Positions 12,601-24,900 are shown, counted from the stretch's first letter. The stretch is DNA of 43,743 nucleotides from Sphaeroforma arctica JP610 (GCF_001186125.1 NW_014040543.1:9931-53673); one strand, 5' to 3'. The notes: generated by a model from the sequence alone, not told the origin. A program made the numbers and translations.

Positions 12601-14347
12601 TGTGCTCAGGTCGTGCGTATACGCCGGATTAGAGGCAAGTTCATTTTTGTAAAATCTGAGGGCCTCATGCGGGCGATCAGGCACCATTCCAGCTAACAGC
12701 GCGTTACCCATTGACGCGAATGTAACTTTGCCCTTACCCGTACTTTTACCTCCTGTGATCTTTGCACCGCGGATTTGAGTACTACATACGGCGCCACTCG
12801 AAACCACACTCTCCTTTACCTCTACCCCGCTCACGCTACCTGCGGCATGAACCATCACAAACACACGGGATCGAGCCGTGAGGTCTACTGCTGAGGCATT
12901 CCCACAGTATGCACTCCACACCTTCAGCGCGTCATCTACGCGACCACACCTACCTAGCACACAGATCATTTCATCTGGCTCCAAAGGGCTGTGCAGGACT
13001 TGTAATGGCCTTTTACGGTCATAAAGTGGATACCCAGACATTGCATGCACCACTTCCGCTATGCATTCGACTTGACTGGTGTATTTTAAGCTGTATTTAT
13101 ACAGCAGAAATAGACTTTTTAGTAAGAGGCGAAATACAGCAAAGCACGAGTCTATCGACAACATCGTCAACGCCACCTTGTAATAGTTGGTTTGCTGTCA
13201 ATTTTTACTGTTCCCTGAATGTACGAATGTAAGATGACTCGCAGACCCACTATAAGGGCTAACCGAAAAATGACGCATATTCACATACGTGTATAGATAT
13301 TTCTCACTACATAATGTCAGAATGCACTCCTACATGCAGTACAACCCTATTTCTTGACCAATAGTTGGATCGACTCGCGGCGACTATGCGTCACTATTTA
13401 TATTACATGCACAGAGTACTTAGCTACAAATAATTGACACATGCAGATGGAGTTTCAGCCATATTCAAGTGCAAGAAAAGCTGCTATGGTTCACGTACTC
13501 GATCACCAAAACAGCTCACTTCAACTTACCTTTTGGTTGCTAGTACACACATGCGTTCGTTCACAGGCAGTCGGTGTTGCATCGCCGCTTGAAATACCTC
13601 CCAACACTCCACAAAGCGCTTCTCCTTCTTGCAGAGATCCATCACAAAGGCACAATGAACATCTGTAACGGCACCATTGTTCTGTTTCAGCCCTCTCTTT
13701 ATCAAGTGGATCGCATTCTTCCACTGGTCTTTCTCGGGAGGCCTTTCGTTCCTGCGTACGACTTTACCACCCACAATCACCCAATTAGTACCCTGTGTGT
13801 TTACTTTGCGCTTCGATGTGTTTGTTTTGCGCTTAGTGGAGTGTGGAAAGTGGTTCGACAAGTCATCTCCCTGCACCCCTCCGGCCCCAGACGGCTCTTG
13901 AGATCTGATGTATTCCTTATCGCGGTCGTGCGCTCGTTTATAAGACACAGACTCTGATACCCCTTCCCAGGTGCGTAATTTATAGTCTATATCTCGGCGG
14001 GTAAGCAATTTCTCGGTTGTCAGGTCGGACTTGTGTGGTGATTGATGGTTACTAGCGCTACTATGGTCTAGTTTACTACTGTATAATCTTCTGCCTATCT
14101 CTGCAAACGGCAACCCTTGATCATGAATGCGCGAACATCTGTTGAACATATCTTGTGGAGAACCTCCAGTCAGCGTACTATCTGGTGTCCACAAGATAGA
14201 GCCAGCAGATTGAGTCTGAGTGGCTGTAACACACGCATTAAATGCACTATAACATGCTTCCGTTCGCCTTCGTGTGCGTGAGTATGTGTGACTGCATATG
14301 TGTATATATCTGTTGCACAGTAAGCGCCCGTATACTACTGTATTCAT
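6652..14347 (-). CDS. Large pentatricopeptide-repeat (PPR) protein, ~2,418 aa, two coding exons (14347-13530 and 13090-6652)
   Basis: Tandem 35-aa PPR motifs, e.g. TRSYNTLMHAYGSGG..., DVVTYNTAISAYARAGCFDEAVQMF, AISYTGVIDAANSSGRYTEALRWFDEMRGRKLKLNATAYTSALTAC. A second, more diverged cluster lies near the C-terminus (LFDTMINSCAAIGDYKLAESAF; PDRSTYDMYFRALEKGSKWQ). Phase-2 intron 13529-13091 (GTAAG...TACAG) joins ...VLATK-S-LKYTSQVECIAEVV in frame. First ATG at 14347; an upstream exon is not excluded. Confidence 0.88.
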
Positions 14348-15108
14348 CCTTGCATCAGAAGCTTTGCACGGCAAGCAAATACCCCTGTTAATAGTCTATC
14401 AGTCTAAATTGGTGCTGTGCTTGAGTATATGAAGTAGCATCAGCAGCTACCTTTGTAAAGTAGAGTAGATTCGACAAAATAAAGCATCGCAAAGTGATTA
14501 TGTTGAAGAAGGCAGCAATATTATAATGCTGTACCCCTGATACTCAAATTTCTCGGTAGTATGTTCAACCTCTACATATAGATGCGATAATGTGAAGTCA
14601 GTGATCTATTTGGACGTCACCTGGAGGTAATAATGTTCTAACGACTAGGTATAGGTGCGTGAGCTGCCATATCAATATATTAACAATACATCTATGTGCT
14701 ACTAATACATCTCTGGGTACTGTGACCGAACCCACTTGTCGGTGACTGGGTTTGGTCTCTGCGTTCGTGGAGAGATATTATAGTGATCACATACACATTG
14801 AAATCATATCTATATAAAACCAAATCTATATCCATTTTGTAAATATTTTTACCTATCCGTGTGCACGAACATATTTTGACATCATGACAAATATTTGTGT
14901 AAATGTACATCATGATATATAAAATATATATAACAACGTATGTATGAATATACGCCGGCAGAACCGATAGACAGCAAAGGCCCAATAGACCCCGAAAGTT
15001 ACCTAATTCTATGCCCCATATTACTTGTGTATAGACTGCAGAGTGTAGACCCTTCATACAATCGCTGGCTACAGCTTGAATACAATTTACTATTTCTTCT
15101 CGTTAAGT
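14348..15108. promoter_or_regulatory. Probable shared/bidirectional promoter region between the divergent PPR and thioredoxin-like genes
   Basis: Head-to-head start codons ~760 bp apart, with AT-rich TATA-like tracts (e.g. TATATAAAA near 14810 and 14916). Inferred from gene geometry only. Confidence 0.4.
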
Positions 15109-16918
15109 ATGAGTAGACGAATTGCTGCTTTTGCAGCCATCGGTGTAGTAGGAACATGCGTGGGGGCCTACGTCTTGCAATCAACCCAGCAATCATCACC
15201 TAGTGAGCCCAAGAAGAAGGGTTTGCCTGTATCTCAATTACCCAGTGATATGTCCAAGTACGATCCAGATGATCCCATGGTACAACTAGCACTCAAGCTA
15301 AGGGAAGAGGGTGCAGTATTATATACAACCGATTGGTGTGGCCCGTGTAAAAGACAAAAAGATGCGTTTGGCGATGCTCAGGACCTGCTGCCGCAGGTGG
15401 ACTGCTCGCGCATGGACGGTCGACGTGGCTTCAAACCTGAGTGTCTGAAGGTGTGTTCGCTCGTATATCGTATGAGTACCTTGTGGTGTGTGTTCGCTCT
15501 TATATCGTATGAGTACCTTGTGGTGTGTGTACACATTCTATCTGATATACAATGGCATGTGTATGCGTATTTACTTGGTGTACTGTTGCATACGACGCGA
15601 TCCCCGTAAGAGTTAGTAAGGTTTGTTTGGCTATACTCAGGATCTTCTCTTGGATTACTCACGCCTCGAAGTTTGGCGTGGTTTTAGCTCCGAGTGTCTG
15701 GGGGTGTGTATACATTCATATCGTATGTGCAATGTACGTGTGTATGCGTTTTTACCAATCGCAGTGTTGCCTCTGACTGATTGGTATGGCCGGTGCAAGA
15801 GACAGAAAGGTGCGCTGAATATGTGTGTGTTTCTATGTAAGATGTGCAGTTGTATGTGTACACTCGCGGAGATAACACTAGCAGGACCTGCGAGCAAACC
15901 ACATATTTTATACGATGCAGCGTTGTACACGAACCAATTGATGTAGTCCGTGCAAGTGACAAAAAGGCGCGCTGAATATGTGTGTTTTTCTATGTAAGAT
16001 GTGCAGTTTTTATTTTTACACTCGCGGAGATAAAACTAGCAAGACCTGCGGGCAAACCATCTATTTTATACGATGCAGCGTTGTACACGAACCAATTGAT
16101 ATGGTCCGTGCAAGTGACGAAAAGGTGCGCTGAACGTGTGTGTGCTTTCGTGTCGTACGTGTAGTTGTGTGCGTTTTTGTTTTGTGTCTGTAATTGTGTG
16201 TGTGTTATATTGTGTGCGTAAATGTGTTCGTTTTTGTATCGTGTGTGTAAATGTGTGCGTGTTATATCGTGTGTGTAATTGTGTACGTGTACACATGTAT
16301 TTACTAAGGTGGTATTGTTTATGACCGATTTTTGTGGTCTGTGTAATAGACGGAAAGATGTGTTGGGTGATACTCAGGACCCTTCGCCACATGTGGACTG
16401 CTCACACTTCGCTTGTGTAAGCAGCTTTTTGTGTGTGTGTGTACTTGCATGTGCGGCAGCGTCATGTGTATAGATATGTGAGTTCAGTGATGATATATTT
16501 GGGATGCGAGCGCAGCTATGGCCTTGAAGGCTTCATAGTCTGGTCTGTCAAAAATATGCGTTGGTGACCGCACCTGTACCATTTTCCTATCAATTGAAGG
16601 TCTGTTGGTTTTTGGCGTGTCAATAATCATGTCAATATTTATACTCACTGAGGAAACTGTGTTGTCAACTTATAAAGATTAGAGCCCGCTTGAAAATCAA
16701 TAGACACTGCACCTCGTACATGTATGTCTAACGTATCGAGATCACGACCGACCAAGCATCAGCAATCTAACCTGTAGACGTTTCTGATACTGCAGCTCGG
16801 TATTAGAACAGTACCCTCATGGAAACGATCAGACGGCTCCTTCATTCCCGGAGATCCGAATCTAAACAAACTGCAAAAGAATATGCTCAGCTCGTCTACC
16901 AATTTCCAATTACATTAA
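15109..16918 (+). CDS. Small thioredoxin/glutaredoxin-like protein (~154 aa) with N-terminal hydrophobic anchor; two exons (15109-15450, 16796-16918)
   Basis: Exon 1: MSRRIAAFAAIGVVGTCVGAYVL (hydrophobic segment), then GAVLYTTDWCGPCKRQKDAFG...VDCS...PECLK|GT. Exon 2 after CTGCAG: LGIRTVPSWKRSDGSFIPGDPNLNKL...TAA, which supplies the cis-Pro (TVP) motif. Both junctions are phase 0. Confidence 0.82.
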
Positions 16919-18434
16919 AATTAGTATATTCAATTTCAATTTCTTCGCTCCTGTCTATAAGTCGTACGAATTTGTCGTTCCTTTGATTGCTAGGAACCGC
17001 TAGCATACCATATCCTCTTGTTTTGGCCCTTGCTTTATTATAGCCCTTGATGTTCGCAAAAGATTGAACTTATTCGAACCTGCCCCATAGTGTATATTTC
17101 TCGCTGTGTCTCGTACTTAGGTCCTGTTGCCAGAAATTTGTCGTTGCCTGATTTATTAAGCACGACCAACTCAATTTTTTGTTATTGCGTAATTACGTGT
17201 GTGACTTCTCATATACACTATGGAATGTGCTGCATTGAAAAATAAATGGATTGCTTCGATGTGTATATCATCCACTGTGTATTGCCCTAAGTATGTCCTC
17301 CAGAAGTGTATAGATGCCCATACATGGCCATAACAAACTCTATACTTCGATAGTGTATAATCGCAAATGCGAAAGCTTGAACTATCACCTATGCCAAAAG
17401 AATGATCATGAAGAACTCGTGATTACGAACAAACAAAGTCTGGTTTTTTCTTCTACATAGGACGATAGCTGAGTTTGACTATGGCGTCCCACGATCGCGC
17501 GTGTTGGGAGGTTGCGTGCGTCTGCCTCGGATTTCTATCTATAGATACGAGTGCAACAATTTTCTTCTCTTATACACATTTTGCACTAAAAACGTTATTT
17601 TCAATTTAATATTGATATTCAAACCTTAAGAGTTACACAGGTGTAGAATGAGATTTACTGCAGATGCATATTCATGTGTAAACGTTTCGATGGACGCATA
17701 TGAGTACTTTCCGTAGCTGTATGTAAATGAGTGTTACGAATAAGACGACGAGGCGTAGTCAAAAGCATATAAATGTTCGGCGAACGTGTTGCCCTTCTAG
17801 TGTGTTAAGACGTCGCATACCTCGTGCCTATTTCAAATCGCAAAACTGGATACATTCAATGTAATTCAAGAGTCTTGTATTAAATTTATGCGTTGATATT
17901 GGAAGTTCTGAAATAACTCTGCTTTGGAACGAATACGAATGCGAAGGTGCCAGGAAGGAGTGTAATAAAAAAAGGATCCGTTCAAAAATCGGGGCGAATC
18001 TCTAAAATCTCATGAATTTCATCTGCAATTCACAATCCTTGACGACAATTGCATATAAATACTGTATCCCGTAAATTCCTTTTTTGTTTCTCGTCGAAAA
18101 AGTCGTTAACCTTTTTAACTGCGCATTACAGCAAATTGACGTGTATTACATCTCAAATGATTGGTATGCCATGATAATATTATGTGCTCCATTTTTTTCT
18201 GACGGGGCCGCCTCTGCCAACCAAGAAATCAATCACAAACAAGTTGTCGAAAAAAACACTAAAACAGACCGCCGGACGGGAATTACACGACTTCTCGAGT
18301 ACCGGATAGCACAAGCAATGGACCATTTAACGCACCAGCGCTGCCAGAGAGTATGTGAATAGCTTACGAGCGTGTAAGGCGAGCTCATAAAAACCATTGT
18401 TTCCCAATTTTGTCGACAATACTAAAATTTAATT

Positions 18435-18506
18435 GGCGGCGTCCAGGAATCGAACCTGGGACCTCTACCACCCGAAGGTAGAATCGTACCACTAGACCAA
18501 CGCCGT
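18435..18506 (-). tRNA. trnP: tRNA-Pro (anticodon CGG), intronless, with an A1-C72 mismatch
   Basis: Reverse complement ACGGCGT TG GTCT AGTGGTA CGAT T CTACC TT CGG GT GGTAG AGGTC CCAGG TTCGATT CCTGG ACGCCGC C: 72 nt, perfect anticodon and T stems, intact A and B boxes, and a TTTT Pol III terminator a few bases downstream (plus-strand aaaa at 18424-18427). Confidence 0.93.
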
Positions 18507-19799
18507 ATGTTTTTAGTCTGACATTACATTATCTATAGCACTGTAAAATTATTTATATCTATTCGGTTGGTTTGCAACGTAAGTTAAAATTGGAATATAT
18601 GATCTGGCTTCTGAACATGGCGATCAGTTCAAGCAGACTTCACTGGCATAACAACTATACGCTAATTTGATATTTTATATATGATCTTATTTGATTGAGA
18701 AAGCAGTTCCACAGCGACGGATCATCGAGTTAGGAAACCCTACGGTGACATCTGCACGCCACACTTAGCCACTTTATTACCACTGTGGTTGTAGATAATC
18801 GGAACGGATGTAATCTGGCACAACCTAAGTCGATGATTGAACTTCTTACTGGCTGATCATCGAGCAACTATTTATCACGTCTAATATTAGAAAAGTGATG
18901 TTACAACTACAAGTAGGTATATAATTGAAGAGACAAGGGCAACTTGGAATCCCTAAGAGACTCCCTGCTGTTGGTTTTGGCGTGCACCGATACCATTGAT
19001 AATGAAACATTAATGTACCTGACCTAGACATTCGACTGATTTGATTACTCCACGTAACTTTATCACAACTCGCAGATGTCGAAGAAAAAGGTTAAAATAA
19101 CATTAATACATTTAAGTCTTATAGGTCGACTCTGCCACTTATCTGTTATCTCTTTACAATTTTAATGACCTGCCTTTCCCGGCCAATCCATTAGGCTGAT
19201 GTAACGCGCTTCATTACCAGTGGTTTAACCGATCGAGAACCACACCTTGTAAGTCGCTTTACGTCTTTTTATGTTGTATCACCTACCAACATATATAGAT
19301 TTATCGCGATATGAAATCACTATTAAATACCAGGCTGACACGCATGCAAACTGTTATTACTCACAAGTTATCACCACGGATCGATTATAGCACATGAAAG
19401 CTCCGCTGGTTTCCGGGGTTAAAATTAGGGACGCACTGTAAGCTAGAATACTGGAGTAGATCGATAAGAATAGTTTATCGATATCGAATCGAACCTGATA
19501 ACTACTACGTATTCTTACAAAGCGAGAGCAAAAATCTCCCTGCTGATAGTTCACACTTGAATTGATCATAGCATTAGCAAAAGTGTTTTTATAGAAACAG
19601 CCGTGTTACTTCTAATACGAATTAATTCTGCATCTGCTAGTAGTGTTTAAAGAATTAGGACTGATAGTATTGTTTGTGATCAACATCTTGAATACGTACA
19701 AGGAACATGCAAATGTTTGGGTAGTTGCAAACAATGACAAACCGAATTCGCGGAATGGATATAAATATTCAATACATAGCAGGCAATTAACTTATTTTA

Positions 19800-19965
19800 C
19801 CGGGCAATACTGCCGAGAGTGAGCTCATTGTTACTTCCGCGACGATTTAAAGGCACACGCTGATGATTTGATCATTTCGAACTGAAAAAGACTAAGCAGC
19901 GCGTATAGCACCAGTATATGTCATGATATTAAGCTGCTCGTACTTGAGATGATTCAGAATGTAAC
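19800..19965 (+). repeat. Left arm of diverged inverted repeat (putative TIR)
   Basis: Colinear match, roughly 70% by eye, to the reverse complement of 34480-34645. A partial direct copy of its inner half is at ~20613-20700. Confidence 0.75.
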
Positions 19966-20009
19966 CAATCATACAACTACGACTCATGTGGTCCTCGAAG
20001 ATGGGCAAT

Positions 20010-21225
20010 GGTGATTGTACATATTTGTGTGCTGCCAAAAGATTGCTCATCATGTTTCCGATGCGAATATTTATTCTCTTAAAGATGGTTTGCGTGTGTC
20101 AATCGACATCTTTTTTTTCTCTCACAAAATATCAGTTGGGATTTACATGCATGTGAGTACTCGATCACTTTACGGGAGTCCCTCCACAAGTTACACGCAT
20201 CAAACTAAAACCAACTAAAGGGGTGAATACAAAATATCGAAGATTGGCAGTGGTGATTGTACATATTTGTGTACTGAACAAAAGATTGCTCATCATGTTT
20301 CCGATACGAATATTTAATCTCTTAAAGATGGTCATGTTTCCTATGCGAATATTTAATCTCTTCAAGATGGTTCGCGTCTGTCACTCGATATCTTATTTTC
20401 TCTCAAAAAATAACAGTTGGGATTTATATACATTTGAGTACCCTGTATCTTTACGAGAGTCCCTGTACAAGTTACACGTATCAAACTAAAACCAAATAGA
20501 GGGCTCAATACTAGATAGACGGGATACATAGAACATACCCCTACACTTCAGTCGCTATCAATATCATGGTAAGTTGAGGAATCACCTCTTAGAAAAGATA
20601 ATTTGATAATCATGAACTAAAGAGGACTAATCAGCCTGTATAGCACCAGTATATGCCATGATAATAAGTTGCTCGCACTTATTGAGATGATTCAGAATTG
20701 TATCTGCAGTATGTTTCACAAAGAGTGTGCCAATTAAAGGTTAAAAGTCGTCCCGGTTATATAATATTACATTTCGGTTTCGATTCAAACTTTGAATTTC
20801 TTAAAGATTGTTCGTGTGTCACGAGATAACTCTTTTTACTCCGGCAAAATATCAGTTAGGAATTATACATATTTGAGTACCTTTTATTTTTACGGGAGTC
20901 CTTCTTCAAGTTGCATGCACCAAATTACAATAAAATTACAGGTTGAACGATCAATAAACAAATACATGAAACAGAAACCTACACTTCAGTCGCAATTCAT
21001 ACAATAGCGAGTTGATAAATCACCTCAAAGGTACGACATTGGTTCTATAATTTGCATATACCGTTTGAAAGATTATAAATCTAGCAAATTTTAACTAAGA
21101 GGTTAACTAAGAGGTTGCCAAGTAAGTGTTAAAAGCCAGCTCAGCTGTAGAATATTTTGGTCGGTTTCTATTCACACTTCGAATCTTTTAAAGATTGTCC
21201 GTGTGCGCAAGTTACACGCATCAAT
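20010..21225 (+). repeat. Satellite array, block 1 (3-4 partial units)
   Basis: Recurrent modules CTTAAAGATTGTCCGTGTGTCACGAGATAAC, CAGTTGGG..CATTTGAGTAC, TTTACGGGAGTCC..CAAGTTACACGCATCAAA and CCTACACTTCAGTCGCTA, shared with blocks 2 and 3. Confidence 0.85.
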
Positions 21226-21234
21226 GTATAATCA

Positions 21235-21560
21235 TGTAGAGTATGAAGAGTAGCTGAAAGGTACGAGACAATAGGATGCAATAGACCTCTTCTCAAGTAC
21301 GGTTATCTCAGCTAGGAAAAGTCCTTAGTCTGAGAGAACCGAACTGAGTCTTTATTCGTGCTTTCATTAGACTCAGGATTTACTTGAGTGTTTCTCTCAC
21401 ACGCGGGAGTCCCGGTATATCTTACCGATTCTACCGCTGATATTTCTGATGACCCTAATACCAGAAATATTCCAATCCTAATTCCAAAACTCAGTATTTG
21501 ATTATTCTGGGTTTTGGGATTTAGATTGGCTTTTTGATAATCTGGTCCCTAGATGCTACA
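21235..21560 (-). repeat. 3' LTR (326 bp) of the Ty3/gypsy element
   Basis: Inverted termini TGTAG...CTACA; abuts the polypurine tract; minus-strand AATAAA at 21351-21356. No second LTR is present to confirm the outer boundary. Confidence 0.78.
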
Positions 21561-21572
21561 GCCCCCCAACTT
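21561..21572 (-). promoter_or_regulatory. Polypurine tract (plus-strand primer)
   Basis: Minus strand reads AAGTTGGGGGGC immediately before the LTR start TGTAGCA. Confidence 0.75.
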
Positions 21573-21932
21573 TATGCTTCTTAGCCTGCGTAGGAGTAGA
21601 AAGTGACATCTTACATTACTAGATTATCTAGAGGTTGGTGTTTGTATACAGGGAAAAACTTGTTCCTTAGTGGGCATAAGATGAAAAACCTGCCACCATT
21701 ATCTATTACATATTACCGATTAATTAAATTTATACTATAGCAGGAGTTCACTACCACGCTCATCGGAGTCAGTCTTGACCGGTGCTCTCGGTTGATCTCA
21801 ACTTGGCTTAGGAAAACGCATCTCAACGGTGGTTCTCAGCCGAGTCTCTGGTCCTTGTCCCTCTGGTGTGTGGGGGGAGCATGCTTCTAGGCGAGAAAAG
21901 TGGGAGTGTCTTGTGGTATCAGTGAGACTTGC

Positions 21933-24900
21933 TTAGGTTCCCCGACTCGTGCTCTGTCTGTGGCTCGCTGATCTTTCATCAGTACTCGTTGTCGTTGGCT
22001 TCTTTGGCCTTGACTGCCTTCGTTTACGTCTCCGGCGTTGACGGTATGTTTTAATGACATCAGCATCTGCAATGTCTGATTCATGCGTCCAGGTACGCTC
22101 ATCATCTGTCTATTGCAGTAGGTACTCCTGGGATCCATCACCTCGTATGGACGGCCTGTCATCGACTATCGATGAGAACTGTGTCTCTTCGTTTGGTTGT
22201 ACTTGATTGTTGGTGATAAATGCTTCCGGATCATTGGCCCTTTTTACGAGTCCAAGTAGCTCATCACTGATCGAGTCAGGATATTCGGGGGCTTTAGTCC
22301 CATCAAGGTTACAGACAAAATACCCGTTGCCCTCCCTGCATACTATTTTGTATGGTCCGCCATTTGGTGCTGTTAACTTGTTCATCTCACCTTGATAGCA
22401 GACCATGACAAGGTCCCCTTCTTAGAAGTTTACATGCTTCTGTTGGTATTTTCAATCGTATGCTGCTCGCATCTTCTCTTGATATTGTGCAACATTGCTC
22501 TCTAGTTGTAGCCTAATGGTTTCTTCTAGATATTGTAGTCGCTCCTTCCAAGATACTGTTGTACCGGGTGCGGTCACTAGCTCATTGTAGTCCGTGAGTT
22601 GATTTTGTCTGCGACCAAAGTACACATTAAAGCGCGGATACTTGTGTCTTCTGGATGTACGCAGATTATGGCCCATTTGTACGAATGGAAGTCGTGAACA
22701 CCAATTACCTGGGTTCTGTTCAACGAATTTCCGTAACAATGGCATGAGGTCTCTATGTGATCGTTCGTTCGCGCCTAAGACTTTAGGTTGATACGGCCGA
22801 GAGACTAGGTGTTGCATTGGCGCTTGTTCAACAACTTTTGAAAGTATGCTGTTAACATATTCAGTGCCTTGGTCCGTTTGTATGATTTGTGGGAATCCAT
22901 GTTCACACATGATTGGTACCAGAGTGCGTGCTATAGTAGCCGCGGATTTGTCCATCATTGGACGTAGAATGACGTATGACGAGTATACGTCAAGGTATAC
23001 TAACACATATGTGTGTCCTCTATTATCATCCAATAGTGGCCCTATGGTATCCACTTGGACTCTGTCGCTTGTGTATGCGGCTGTAATTGATTGTAAGGTA
23101 TAAAATCCTTTCTTGTGTATTTTATTTTTGAGACATGATATACATCCATCAATGAACTTGTGTACATGTTGTTGTATATCATCCCAATCATGTCCATCAG
23201 ATTGCAACTTGTGTACCGTTTCCTCAGGAGTGTAATGTCCCAAGTTGTGGTATTGCTCAATGATGTTGACATGTGTCTCATATTCTGTTGTATGTGGTGC
23301 GTCTCCAATGTGAACTGGTTCTGACGCTGCAACGTGTATAGCAGGTTGTTCCCGCGTTGAATCGAAGTATGGAGACCTAGCTCCTATCTTTGCGACTAAT
23401 ATGACACCCCATGAGGTCTTGCCGCAAGCCTTCTTGCCCTCTTTGAGGAACGTGTTGTGAGTGTTTTCCACTAGCAGCGGGCCTTCTTCTGATAAAGACA
23501 AGAACTTTGGAAATCACGAGGTATTGGTGTAATATGGTACACATATTGTGATACTGGTTGCCTCTTCAATGATTTTTTCGAGGACATCAGGTATGAGTTC
23601 CCATGGTGGATTCGCCCATGCTTTAACTTCTTGCGCCCATTTTTGGTTTAGCGCATTCTGCTCTTTGGTGTAGTATTTATCCGTGTGTGCATTGTGTGCT
23701 AATGCAAACAGATCCACTGTGAACTTCCCAAATCTTCGTTCCGCTTCTTGGTAGAATCTGGGATGTAACATCCAGTCTATAGCCGAGATGCTTACGGGCA
23801 TGTTCGTTTCCAAGGTGGTGTACTCTTGGCTATTATGTGTTGCCTCATTCGCCTGTTGTAATACTTTTGACTCTTTGGTACTAAAAGTATCTTCATGTAG
23901 ACGTGACAACATATCTGCCATCTGGTTGTCCTTGCCTGGGACATGTATGATGGAGAAGTGGTGGTGGAACGTTCTTGCTATCCACTTGGCTATCATTGGG
24001 TGTAACGTCTGTCGATTGTTCATTTGCGTGAGCGCTTTGTGATCTGTCCACAGTGTTATGTCCCCCCTTTTGATGTATTCCGAAAAATGTTCTAGGCTAT
24101 ATACAAGTGCTAGTAGCTCTTTGGTATTTGTGCCATATCGTTGTTGTACTGGATTCAATCCTTTTGAGAAGTAGAGAATGTCCCTTCTGACTCCATCGAT
24201 GACTTGAAATAAACACCCTCCTATGCCATAGTCACTAGCATCGTTCATAATTTGAAACGGTACCCCATCAACCGGGTATGCTAACGTCGCTGAACAGGCG
24301 ATGGCTTCTTTGAGTTCTTCCCACTTCTTGATTAGTTCCGGTGTCCATAACATGGATATGTTCTGGTTAATTTTTCCTTTCATTAGGTTCCGAAAGTGTT
24401 TCGTTGTGTGGGCAAAGTTGGGGACATTGTCTCGCATGTAATTTGCTAGTCCCACTGCTTTGTGCAGATCTCTTTTTGTTCTGGGTAGTGGCCAGTCCAT
24501 CATTCTTTTCTGTTTCTCAGGGTCTGCTTTGAGGCCCTGTGTGGTGACTTTCACCCCAAGAATGTTGTCCACTTTGACCGCAAAGGCACACTTGTTGTGG
24601 TCGAGTCGGAAGTTTGTGCTATTTAGTCGCCTGATTACTTCACGAACTGCCTTGCGATGTTCTTCTTCTGTAAGACTCGCAATGACTATGTCATATACAT
24701 ACACTTGCACTCCTGTGATATTTATGAGCAGATTTGCCATGACTCTCTGGAATTGTGCTGTGGGTGAGTGTAGTCCAAATGGCACAGTCTTGAATCGAGT
24801 ATTGCGCTCCTCTCCACGAGAATGTGAAGAAGTGTTGGCTTGCTTCGTCTACTAGGAAGTGGTGAAATCCACCTGTGAGATCGATATTTGAAAAGAATTG

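Noticed and set aside
13091..13176. GTG start of the 2174-aa ORF
   Set aside because: It lies in the inferred intron; splicing from the 14347-13530 exon to the TACAG acceptor at 13091 gives a continuous PPR-like frame.
7253..13232. Plus-strand ORFs overlapping the PPR gene, and similar ones opposite pol
   Set aside because: Antisense shadows of long coding frames with no recognisable motifs.
18506..21235. tRNA-gene-targeted integration of the Ty3/gypsy element
   Set aside because: The LTR is ~2.7 kb from the tRNA and sits inside satellite, whereas Pol III-targeted Ty3-type insertions lie within tens of bp.
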